Shown piece after piece: positions 1 through 11,401 of a DNA stretch of 64,000 bases (the first letter of the stretch is position 1; every line of letters begins with the position of its first letter). Origin of the DNA: Paraphysomonas bandaiensis (lineage: Eukaryota; Protista; Chrysophyceae). The stretch covers positions 1 through 64,000 of the forward strand of contig CBFFRP010000167.1 of assembly GCA_965644295.1 (NCBI GenBank), in the 5' to 3' direction. Both the position numbers and the translations under genes were made by a program. Under the pieces are notes generated by a model. It made no database searches and had not been told where the DNA came from. It saw only the letters and a program-made list of their open reading frames with translations.

Positions 1-245
1 AGATGAAATTATAATCATTACATGATAAAGAACCTAAGTTGTGTTCGATGTGTTCAACACCATTCATTTACTACTATAGTGTACAAACCACACACTCAGT
101 GATCGTATCCTGTATAGTCATCCACTTCTACTTCAGTTTCATACTACATAATATAATGTACTAATTACATATATATCTTTCGATCCTTGCATCTCACATA
201 ATACTGCACTCAATTGCAAGTATATAGAATCTTCAGATCTCAACA
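1..245 (-). repeat. 3' LTR of the copia element (partial)
   Basis: Identical to 5001-5245 on base-by-base reading. On the minus strand it starts TGTTGAGAT immediately after the PPT. Confidence 0.95.
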
Positions 246-254
246 CTCCCCCTC
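246..254 (-). promoter_or_regulatory. Polypurine tract (plus-strand primer) of the copia element
   Basis: Minus strand GAGGGGGAG is directly followed by the LTR start TGTTG. Confidence 0.85.
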
Positions 255-370
255 AATTGAGTGTTGTACTATGACGCCTCCCAGCTATTGAATGCCTGAG
301 ATAAAAAAAATTCTTGACAGTAAAATAGACTCATCTCTAAGTCTAAACCTCTGTCTAAAAAACTCAGTAC

Positions 371-3300
371 CTACTTGCGCCTTCTTTTATCCCTTGGTCC
401 CTCATTAATCACTTCAGTGGAACTCTTAACTTTCTCTCCAAGATTTCTCTTTCTCTGCTCCATATATGATAAACCAACCAATGACTTTGTATAAATATCT
501 GCTGCTTGTTGCGATGTATGCACATGCACTAACTTAATCGTATTGAACTGATTGGGATCCACGTGCTCTCTCACCATGTGATACTTAATCTCAATGTGCT
601 TCGACTTCTTGTGAAACACTGGGTTTTCGGCCAAATCCTGGGCACTCTGACTGTCGATGAAGAATGGTGTGGGTTTGATGAGCCTCAAATTAATCTCACC
701 CGTCACCCCCCGAACCCATAGCACTTCTTGGAGACCCGAGTAAATACACTGATACTCAGACTGCATGCTTGACGTTGCCACTGTCGTCTGCAGTTTGGAC
801 TGCCAGACTATAGGCCCTCCCGCTGCAAACCCAACGTACCCCGACGTGGACTTCCTGGAGAGCTGATCTCCCGCCCAATCCGCGTCAGTAAACATATGGA
901 AGTCGAACCGTCTACTCCCATATTGAATCCCTTTGTCAATAGACCCACGAATATATTGCCATACATGTGTTAATAGCTTGCATACTTCAATATTCACCTT
1001 ATTACTGAACCGAGACAGTACTCCCACTGCATAGGCAATATCCGGCCTCGTGTTCATCGATAGATATAGTAATGCACCTATCAGCGGCCGATATGGGAAG
1101 TTATCTACTATAAGCTGTTCCTCCTCGGTATGCTCATGCCGTGCCCCTTTTGCCACTAAATCCATTGCTTCCGCCGGTAGAGGACTCTTCCGTACCTTTC
1201 GCGGTGACCCAAGATACTTTTCAAACTTTTCTAAGATCTTAGCCGCATATACTGATTGGTCAAGACGAATATACTCTGGCGTTCTTGTGACTCGAACATT
1301 CAGAAAATGTTCCATCTCGCCCATATCCTTCATATCAAACCGGGCACACAGTTGAGCTTTAATATCCTTCACTATGTTGACATCACGACCTAACACTAGG
1401 ATATCATCCACATATATCGTTAATAATATCAATTCATCGCCCTTATACTGATAATACAAACACGGGTCTAATACACATGGTTTAAAATGCATAGATCGTA
1501 TGAATTTATCCAATGTTTTCCACCACGACCGCGAGGAACTCCGAAGCCCGTATAACGACTTCTTCAACTTAAAGCAGTACCCCTCAGGCAGCTGAAAGTC
1601 CGGAGTTGCCTTCATATATACATCCCCCTCTATATCTGCATATAGAAATGCGTTAGACACATCCAGTTGATGAATTACCATGTTCATCACGAAAGCTATG
1701 GCGATTAACAGTCGCACTGTTACCCCCTTAACAACGGGTGCGAAATGGTTCGCCCAACCACTCGACTGCTGTCCACAACCGATTGCTACAAGACGAGCCT
1801 TATATCGGCGGACCTCTCCCTCCTTATCGTACTTCTTTCCATAGACGTACTTGGAGTGCAGTGGGACGACTCCGTCCGGTATACGAGTCACCTCCATGGT
1901 ATCTCGCTTCGCCAAACCCTCTCGCTCTACACGGCGAGCTCGTCTCCACTCCCTGTGCTCGGCACTCTCCAAGGACTCACGATGTGTCTGAGGCACTGTC
2001 GACTCTTCCGCTGACATCCACACTGAGTCTGCCTCCTGTAAAAGGTCACTCACATCACTCTCATCACTCAAATGATGGATTTGTCCTAACACCGACACAT
2101 TCGTTACCGTCCTTGGAGTTCTTGCGCGTTTGCCGTGCGGATGATTCTCGGCAGGGGTCCCTTCCCCCGAAGGTAATGCTGAGTCAGCCTGGGGCTGCAC
2201 CTGCCCACTTTCCGACTGCTGTGGCACCACTCCGCTGATACCGCCGTCACGGTTGTCAGTAACTCTGGCCCTAACCACCCTCTGCGCAAGATCCTCTGTC
2301 ATCTTCTTGATGTCAGCAATATGAATAGGAGTTTTATCCTCCACTTGAACCTGGTTACCAGTAACCAACGACCGGTATCCCACAATAAGTCCCTTCCTTA
2401 TCACCACTCTGTTAGTCTTGTATAGCAGACCACCATCCTCATGGTGCTTTCCGATAAGATACTCAAACTCACCCGGTTGACGAGCCTCGGGATCTATAGC
2501 CACTTGAGCCTCCTCCAGCTCTCTATAATAATCCTGAGACCTCTCAGGTACCGATTCATCAAATAATACATGTACAGAGTGTACTACGGTGTCCCCCACT
2601 AGCACCTTGTATCCTTTTCGATCAGCTGGATACCCTATGAAATAACCTGTCATTGCTTTGTCCTCCCAGTCCTTCCTCCTGTCGGCCTTGGGTGTTAGCA
2701 CATATGCTTTGCACCCCCATTTCCGTAGCCACGATAGGCTGGGAACGCTCCCCCTGGGACACACTCATATGGAGACATCCATCCTTGCCACGTCCGAGTT
2801 GGCATTCGTCGCACAATGTAACATGCAGTTTGATAAGCATCAAACCAGTACGACTTTGGAAGTCCAGATGCCGTCAACATCGTCAGTGTCATCTCCCCAA
2901 TTGTTCGGAATTTCCTCTCAGACACCGCGTTGAGCTCTGGCGTGTCTCGTGTTGTATGTGACACCCGAGTCCCATATCGCTGCAACAGATACTCTCTTAT
3001 TTGCTGACTAATAAGTTCGGATCCTCCATCGGCATGATACTCCACTATACGGTTCCACCCCTCGTACTTCACTAAGTGGACCTCGCACAAGTGTCGTAGA
3101 CATTTGAACACCTCCTCTCCGCTTCGAGTCCTCAATCCATATTCCCATATCATCTTTGTTGCTAAGTCCGTAAATAGGAGCACGTACTTATACCCTTGTC
3201 TGGATTCACAATTGAGATAGACGGAGATGTCCGCTGTTACTCTTTCCAGGAACCTGACTGCGCTTAGCTCTTCGTTGTCCCGTGATTTGAACGAATGCCT

Positions 3301-4968
3301 GGTTATCTTCGCCTTGGCACACCATTTACACAGGGGTTTCTTGCAACTCTTCTCCTTTGCCTTCGAAAGGTGATGTCGTTGTAGTCCTGATCCTCTGAAT
3401 AACATGTGTCGGTGAGCTTCTATTAACTTCGATTTCGAGACATGTCCAGTACGCTCATGTAAGCGATCCAACGCATCTTGTCCTGTATTATCCGACAAAT
3501 TTACCTCCTCCATCTGATTGCACATAGACACATTTGGCAGATTTAACACCTCCATCAAGTCCACATACGGCATTCCTCCATGCTCATCGTACTCTCCAGT
3601 CAACACCTCGTTTCCAGAGTCCAATTCCACGATTTTAGGCTTTCGAAGCAGTTGTAATCCGTATCCCATTGATCTCAGCATTCCTCCTGACACAATGTTC
3701 TTCACCGCTTCTTCACTAACTCTGATGTCTCTCCATTCCCCGAATGTACCAGTTCCCTGTGTCTCCAATTGAGAACCCTTTCTAGTTAGTTGGATTGCCC
3801 CAAACTCAGGAGTAAATGACTCCAGTGCAATTTTATCCTTTACTATAAACAGTCTTTTACTTGCACAACTGTCCAGATATACACGAGGTTCTTCCGACGT
3901 ATCCACCGATAGCAAAACCTCTTCTCCAAACATATTCGCTTCATCATCCGACGACTCTCCGTCGTTGACGTATTTCTTCCATTCTGTCTCGAATTTCCTG
4001 TTCGATTTTCGAGGATTCTCATTATCCGGGTTTTTTATGTTCTTCCGTTTTTTCGACTTGCACTGTCGGGCTTTATGACTAAAATCTCCACAGATATGAC
4101 AACCAGTATAATCCTTTGATCCTGGCTGCTGCACACTCTTCGAAGCTTTTTCCTTTGTCTTCCCTTTTCTTTTGAACTTGTCCATTTTTCTTTGTCGTTC
4201 CTTAGCATAACAATTCGCTGCTACATGTCCCTTCTTCCGACAAAATGAACAAACCACTGGCTCCTTCGACGCCGTAAAATTGATCTCTTCAGATTTGTCT
4301 CCCTTTAGTTTCTTCAGCTGCGTCATAGCCTCGTCATACTCTTCACAAGCCTCTTTCACCGAATCAAATGTAGTTGTTGCTTTAGGCATCATCGCTACCG
4401 ACATCCATAAATCATGTAATTCCTCTATCTGCAGCGCTGCTTTTATCTTTGCTAATTTACTTGCCTCTGTCTGCGGTTGTCCCAATTTTATGAGCTTCTG
4501 GATTATACCGTTCAGTCGATCTACCCCAACAGACACCTTTTCCCCCGGCCTTATTTTGAACGAATGGTATTCTGCCGTAGTCTTCTCCAATACAGTCCCA
4601 ATCTCGCCTCTGAACCTATCAACCAGTGTCTGAAGGAGCTCACTGGATAACACCTCCTTAGCAGGATCATCAGCAGGTAAAATTGCCTTCCCCTCCAAAT
4701 ATTGATTGGCTACCTCCAACACATCAGGGTCATGCTCGCAAGCCTCCCAAATAGTACTAACACAGGTATCATTACGCTCTCTCCATGACTCTAAATTCCT
4801 TCCTCCGGCTGGCGGGTCCTCCAAGCCAAGATGGTTTCGGTTTTTCTTCATTAGATGCATCTTGATTTTTCTCGCTGAATAGTCTGCTTGGTTCTTGTCA
4901 AACCGTAGCTTCTTGTCATCTTCCCCATCCCTACAACTAGCATTCGCTACCATAACAGAAGTTGACAT
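371..4968 (-). CDS. Copia Gag-Pol polyprotein, split into ORFs 2695-4968 and 371-2764 by a 1-nt frameshift at the run 2750-2754
   Basis: Zinc knuckles CSFCRKKGHVAANC and CHICGDFSHKARQC; protease YLDSCAS; HHCC-type LHERTGH...CKWC; integrase HADGGSEL / LNAVSERKFRT; SH3-like WGCKAYV; RT YKARLVA, QLDVSNAFL, LKKSLYGL, IYVDD; RNase H FTDADWAG, IDSQSA, KHIEIKYH, ADIYTK. Confidence 0.95.
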
Positions 4969-4995
4969 TATTTGCTAAGGTTTACTATTCTCAAC

Positions 4996-5245
4996 TGATA
5001 AGATGAAATTATAATCATTACATGATAAAGAACCTAAGTTGTGTTCGATGTGTTCAACACCATTCATTTACTACTATAGTGTACAAACCACACACTCAGT
5101 GATCGTATCCTGTATAGTCATCCACTTCTACTTCAGTTTCATACTACATAATATAATGTACTAATTACATATATATCTTTCGATCCTTGCATCTCACATA
5201 ATACTGCACTCAATTGCAAGTATATAGAATCTTCAGATCTCAACA
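4996..5245 (-). repeat. 5' LTR of the copia element (~250 bp, TG...CA)
   Basis: Minus strand reads TGTTGAGAT...ATCTTATCA, a 7/9 terminal inverted match. The inner boundary at 4996 is inferred from TG..CA symmetry because the partner LTR is clipped. Outer flank TATTG (5246-5250) is the candidate TSD. Confidence 0.9.
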
Positions 5246-5448
5246 TATTGTATATTGTATATTCCAGTCTGTTCGGAGGTGTATATTTTAAGTGAAATAC
5301 CACTCCCAAATTGAACCACTTTCGAGCCAAACGTCGTATAGTAGTCTACCCAGTCGAAGTAACCAGCTTGTCTCATTTGCACGTAATTCTTTTTCCCTTG
5401 AGCCCAGCTTTCTCTAGGTATTCGAGAGGAATCGAGTACCCACACTGT

Positions 5449-5551
5449 CAGGCTTGCGTATCAAGTAATTAAGCGAATGCGTGACAAATAATTGCATTTA
5501 TTAGTATTGGATATTGGATACGTCTCACCAATTATGTGTTACGCAAGCCTG
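5449..5551. mobile_element. 103-bp MITE, hAT-like
   Basis: 12-bp perfect TIR CAGGCTTGCGTA (5449-5460) / TACGCAAGCCTG (5540-5551). Flanks CACACTGT and CACACAAA are a 5/8 match (decayed TSD). The TIR resembles that of the hAT element at 36570, and the interior resembles 35412-35470. Confidence 0.7.
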
Positions 5552-6003
5552 CACACAAATCTAATTCAATAATTTCAACATATTTTCAAGTCAATTGAAT
5601 TAGTAATATCATGATAGAAGGGTTGTCCTTGGTAGAGAAAGGTCAGCAGCAACGAAATATTCTAAATTATTTAATGAAAGACCACTCGAGCCGCTGCTCT
5701 TTGACCAGAACAGCATACAGAGTTAGTGTGAAGTGGCCCTGGATATCAATGAGACTGGAGTGTCGCTATGACCCCGGACCACTTCACACACCTCCACGTG
5801 AGCCATTCCAGCACGGACGAACTTTAGAAGTATACTTTCATCGGGATACACACACTTAAGCTGAATAACAATAAGCAATGAACGTCACAAAATAGCAATT
5901 GATCAAAAGCCATGCTCTTTATACAATCAAGCCAACATCAGTACCATATAATATAATATCTACACCGCTGCAACCAAACTAAACTGTGTCATTGTATAAT
6001 ACA

Positions 6004-7957
6004 CTATTTAATGCGAATATCAACCACCAGTGACACATGGTCACTAGGAAAATGTCGTGATGGAAGAGCCACCTCTTCGCTAAGCACCTCCTCCGACGGA
6101 ATAGGAGCTACATCAACTATTTCGAACTTGTCGTTCTCAACAAATATATAGTCGAGAGAAGCTTTAAAGTCTGCAGTATAATTCGTATACGTCGGACAAC
6201 CGGCCGCACTGACCAAACCCAACGGGTGGGTGAAAGCCGTAGGCAGGGTCGGGAGAACTTCTCTGCAGAATATATCCTCCTTTTCTTTCGACAGTGGGAG
6301 ACGTGCACCGCATGATCCGTCATGGGATGACCTCTCCCAGGAAAACTTTTCAATACTCTGCCACTCAGTGTGTGAAGGTGAAATGTGTCCTCTGAACGTG
6401 CAAGAGAATACTATTACATTCCTACAAGCCAGTCACGTACATCATACTCACCGTCTCAAGAAGTCTATGACTGCGGCCGATGGAGGGCTATTCAGATCTC
6501 CCGCCACCACCATACGGACAGTTAAAGTGGCACGCGAATGAACTGGCAACGGGTCACTGAGAAGAGGCGAGGCAGAGGCAGAAACAGAACTAAGGTCCAA
6601 GACTTCGTCTCTAATTCGTGCCATGGAATGAAGTACAGCGCGCATCTGTAGGAGACGCACGTATCCCGCTGCGGGATGGTAAAACAAATGTGTGTTGCCA
6701 ACCACTAAAATATCCTCTGGATTCACCTCACTCTGCAGCACTACTATCTGTGCAATAGTTCCCACCTTATTAACAAGAACGTCCCTGGCCTCAGGTCTCG
6801 CTTGATAGAGCAACTCCAAAGAAGGGTCATTGGCCAATACCTCGCTCAGCACTATATCTTCGCACCTCAAGCAGCGGAAGAGCGAAGTGGACCATAGCAT
6901 TGCACATCCCTCAACACCAAGCCCACGTTTACATGTGTGGTGTCCAGAATAGCCCTCTCCAGCAAACACGGGTAGAAGATACCGCTCAAATATTGGAATG
7001 TCACATTCTTGCAAGCATATCACACCTGCAGAGTAAGCCAAAAGTTCCCGTGCCACTAGCTGCGATCTGTACTCCTCACTAAGGTGCTCCTCTTTGTTCC
7101 GCACGTACCGGTAAAGATGTCGCAGTGCATGTGGGCTCGTCGCAAAAGCATTGGCAAGTATGTTGTAGGAAACTACCCGAAGGACTCCCTTCTCCGTTGC
7201 CTCATTGGAAACTGCATCTCGCAGCAAAAAGGAAGACCGACACTCTATGACACGCGGAATGTCGTCGCATGGCTTCTCCACTTTGCCGCTCAAATACAAG
7301 GAAACTGCTCTCCCCTCCCTAATCCATCCCTCCTCTTGCCGCCAAGGTACTGCAAACAATTTGAGCTTGCAAGGTTTCCCATTACTTGCAGGAAAGTAAA
7401 CACTGCCTTCCCATACCAGTGAGTACCCGTCCTCATCTTCGTCACATTGTTTGCGGTACCAAAAATATTTAACACCTTCACAATACTTTGTTCTATACAC
7501 AATGTGAGGAGTCTATACAATCAAACAATACGACCTACTCTGCATTAGGAGCAATCGGACTACCAAGTTTGATATGCCTCTTAGGGAAAACGCTCAGAGA
7601 TGTCACAACTGGGGCATTTACAACAACATTTAGGCGACGTGACTCTCCAATCACTACAACCATCCCAGTCTTCCATTCCCGATTAGTAAGTTTAGTGGTG
7701 TCAACTATAATATCTTTGTTTTTGTCCTCCACTCTAACATCCAGTACGCCTTTCTTCCCTTTGTTGCCTTTTTTGTCATATTTTCTAGCCACACGAACAC
7801 ACGCCTGCTAAGACAGTCACTCACACATCTCATAATCCTTCCGTGAACTCACCTTACGCATAACTTCATCTGCAGATCTCTGCATCACATGTAGAGCCCC
7901 TCCAGTGAATAGACCAAACTGAACTTCGTCTTCTGTATCGCTCAAATAGACATCCAT
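6004..7957 (-). CDS. PDE12: 2',5'-phosphodiesterase 12 / CCR4-nocturnin family EEP nuclease (multi-exon)
   Basis: Motifs VVSYNILA, ICLQEC, VGNTHLFYHP, AGDLNSPP, YTNYT..F...LDYIF, PSDH. Start MDVYLSD at 7957, with GT-AG introns joining ORFs 7535-7792, 6448-7500 and 6004-6222. Confidence 0.85.
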
Positions 7958-8552
7958 TTCCTCTTCCTTAAAGTCTATCATATTGCAAGATATACAAGTC
8001 GATGAACACCTCCTGTGGCTGTGCTTATCCTCGTATATACATCAGTTGAATGGATTCATGTAGTGTGGCTTTTAGTATAGATGTCTATGGTATGATATGT
8101 GGAGCAGCCGTCAAGTATATGTACATTCTCCTGTTGTACAGTATATTCGGGTTTTCTCTGGTATTTTCAGTGTTTAGGTTTAGTATTCCTAGATATGTAC
8201 ACTTTCAGCAGATTAGGAAGTGCTTTTTCGGATATAAAAATTATAGATTTTTCGATATTTGTTTCGAAAAATAACGAGATTTACAGGTATTTTGGATTAA
8301 GAAAACGAGAATTTCGATGAAAAAACCCCAGCTGCATCAAAACTCATCTCATCGAACACACATCGGACAGATGAGAGCCACCACTGAAGAAGAACTCACA
8401 GAGCATGAATATCAATTGCAGCCTTACAGCAGCCAGCTAAATGATGGCTATATCTACTGGTGCATGCACCAGCATGCTGACATTCTATTAACCACACTGA
8501 TCATACATTCTTCTTAATCTATTGATATATATACTGGTATTAACAGATCACA

Positions 8553-9487
8553 ATGAAAGACCCATGGGACGTTGCAGCCTTTATCATTGTTACATCACTG
8601 GTTCTTCTGGGATCTGTGTTATCTAGTTTCGAAGGAATACAAGTTGATTTCACTAAAAAAGGAAAAAATTTTCGAGGAGGGGCACATCAGCGCCGTGTTT
8701 TCTATTTTGCAGTTCTCATTGCCACGCTGTACAAATTTATATGCATGGTGATAGAAGCTACTCTATTCTCGAATTCAAGTTGTGCAGAAAGCCATTTGTG
8801 TTCTTATGTCCGATTTTCTCCTGACGTAGCTTTTATAACTGCGTATTCTGTTATGATAACGTTTTGGATACAGGTGAATATATAATAGTGATTGATAAGT
8901 ATGCTAAGGTTCTCGTTTATACAGTTAGGTTGTGATATTTCTGGCATACCATCGAGTGCTCTGAAATACGCAGTGTGTGTTGGCATGTCCGTACTAATGT
9001 TGCTCTTTGTAATGCTGATGCTTTTGCATCCGAAGAACGAACCTAATATGACCCTGTTTATTTACCTTGGTGTCGTGCACATACTATTCTTTGTAGTTGT
9101 AATAATCTCTGGTTTGTGGACATCGAGACATATAACCTCCACAGCGACGATTGGCCAACGCGTGTTAAATCGTATGGTTGCACTATGTGTGACATGCTGC
9201 TACTCGTCCCTGATAGGGGCGGCGCTGTATCTCTTCGTTATGCAAACTTTGTGGTAAGATTGCTTCGCGAATTGAATTTTCTCTTATATTTTCTTAGGAC
9301 AGTTGGATATCCTCACCAGCGTTTGTTTCTTTTCGATGGAATCGTAGTGTTTTTGAAGGATGTTATCCCCATGTATTCCATCCTTCACTTTACATCTAAA
9401 AGAGGGCCCTCGCAGAGTCAACTCCCGCGATTTTTATCCCTTCATTCTTCCGGAAATAACCCCTATGTCAGAATCAATGAAATTTAG
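8553..9487 (+). CDS. Multi-pass membrane protein, TOM1/THH1 (DUF1084)-like, 2 introns
   Basis: About 7 hydrophobic segments across ORFs 8553-8885, 8892-9257 and 9116-9487. PDVAFITAYSVMITFWIQ resembles the TOM1 core LP..LFFSTYTLLVLFWAE. Confidence 0.6.
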
Positions 9488-9879
9488 CTAAACTTGACGT
9501 AGATTTGTTCCGTGAATACCATGTATGTGCTATAACGATAATTCCTGTCCATGTCGTGTATCATAATGTATGTAGTAATTGCAGTTCCCGATATCAGAGA
9601 TAACGTATTGTATCTACTAAATAACAATTTAAATCACATAAGTACCAGAAGGCAGAAGGGGCCCCAAGTGATACTTAGCAAGGTTGAATACCTAACTACT
9701 ACTTATGCAAATCGACAGGCAACTAATTCACAACACCACACCAATATCTCCCTTCAGATTTCGTAAGGATTTAGATGTTATATTCATTGTACATTATAGT
9801 CTATATATACTAAAGCTTGAAATAACACATCCTCCCGTTTCCTCTATACATCTGCAACATTCAATGCTAGTCAACTACC

Positions 9880-11026
9880 TTAACCTGTATCTGCTTTTTC
9901 GACTAACTCTGCAATTTTCGTGCCAATCAGATGAGTATTTGTAATACGTTGGTTCCGGCGATTTGCTCTCTTTCTATTCTTCTTGGTAGTTTCTTCTGTT
10001 CTAAATCTCTTCAATGTGGCAGACGTACCCACGCGAGATATCAGATTTAGTTTCAAAAGTGCAGCGTGAAGGTCAGTTTCACTACGAAGTTTCTTTATGT
10101 CATCGACCGTTCCGTGCCACTTGTCACGAATGTCGTTGGTGCACCCATGCTTATATACTGTCCCTTTAAATGGTTCAGTCCCATCGTAATCTCCGTCCAG
10201 TGGCATTACGGTATCACTGAATACATCCACGTACACATTCCTGGCAGATAGGCTTTTTACAGATGATACAGAGAGGGGGGGGCTTGCGCGTGCAGGTTGA
10301 TTTCCGGACGTCGACACGGCGCAGGCAATACGAAACCATGATGATGACACTCGAACAGCATCTCCGCGTCGCACTTCGGAACGCAGGTCAGTGGAGGTTT
10401 CCACCAGCTGACGACCTGGAACAGCAGAAACTGTACCCGATAAAGGACACAGAAACGTGTCCCCTCGAGGGAAAAGTACAGTATCTCGAGTTTCACTGTT
10501 TTTGCACGCCATTACCTCACCACTGAGAATAATGTCCTTAATATCGGCTGATATGCCCACATAGCAGTCGATAATATCTTTCACTGATATTCCGCTCTTC
10601 ACGCGCTCCACCATCCGCAGTAGTTCGCCCCTATGACTACAGCAAACTCTCAACATTCGTAAAAATGAGGTTAAACATATTACCGAATATCAAACTTCGC
10701 ACGATACTTGAATAGCATACCGCCACCACCAACATATTCAATATCTATTTTGGGGTTGTTCTTCATCATATCGAGCACAGCATAGTCCTCCCCCTCTAAG
10801 TCTACTAGACACTTCTGAAGAATATCTTGAAACGATGCCTAGTAGAATGAGTATAGAAATATAAGGGGATTATAGTATATACCTTTTCATCCGGGTGAAG
10901 ACTCTGTAGATAATCAACTACATCTATGTGTTTAGTGTGTAGAGATCTTCCCTTTACTTCTGACCCGCTCTGCTTGTTAGAAGATTCACCATGCTGTAGA
11001 AACGATAAATGTGAGTGAGACTGCAT
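9880..11026 (-). CDS. GTF2E2: General transcription factor IIE beta subunit with an internal insertion (exons 11026-10883, 10838-10684, 10636-9880)
   Basis: The spliced product reads VVDYLQS...MKNNPKIDI...FKYRAKFDIRHRGELLRMV...GISVKDIIDCY...VLFPR...DIRDKW...KKNRKRANRRNQRITNTHL. This matches the TFIIE-beta winged-helix motifs and the basic C-terminal tail ending in N.HL. Confidence 0.8.
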
Positions 11027-11401
11027 TGAATTTGATTGTGTTTATGGTGTGATGATGGTATGTGCAGTGTCTGAAAGGGATTCTATTTGTTTCTAAGCCG
11101 CTCCACGATATGCTTGACAACTCGCTCTAGTCGTACTGATGCATGTGCCACTACTGTACTGCTACACCACTACACCGCAACAGTACAGTTGTGTGTTGCT
11201 CCGTACCTCTGTGATGTACTGCTATACTGCTCAACAGCGTACCTTTCTATATGAATTGGAGCAGCACATGTTGTCCTATTGAAGTATAAGCAGTGTTGCA
11301 CTTTTATTATACATACGCATATATATGGTACACGTACCTATACACATATATATATACAGTAATCGCACTTCTAGTCACTCCAAATATCAGTCTGACTCAA
11401 C

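Larger units (their letters stand above)
1..5245 (-). mobile_element. Ty1/copia LTR retrotransposon, near full length (~5.25 kb; the 3' LTR is clipped by the window edge)
   Basis: Direct repeats at 1-245 and 5001-5245. Domain order on the minus strand is Gag(2x CCHC)-PR-IN-RT-RNaseH, the copia order. A polypurine tract (GAGGGGGAG, minus strand 254-246) abuts the 3' LTR. Confidence 0.97.

Noticed and set aside
1050-4633. Plus-strand ORFs (1050-1355, 1738-2238, 3518-3772, 4280-4633 and others) within the retrotransposon
   Set aside because: Antisense shadows of Gag-Pol with no motifs of their own.
1-5001. LTR copies exactly 5,000 bp apart
   Set aside because: Treated as coincidence. The PPT, termini and ORFs are coherent with a normal ~5.25-kb copia element.
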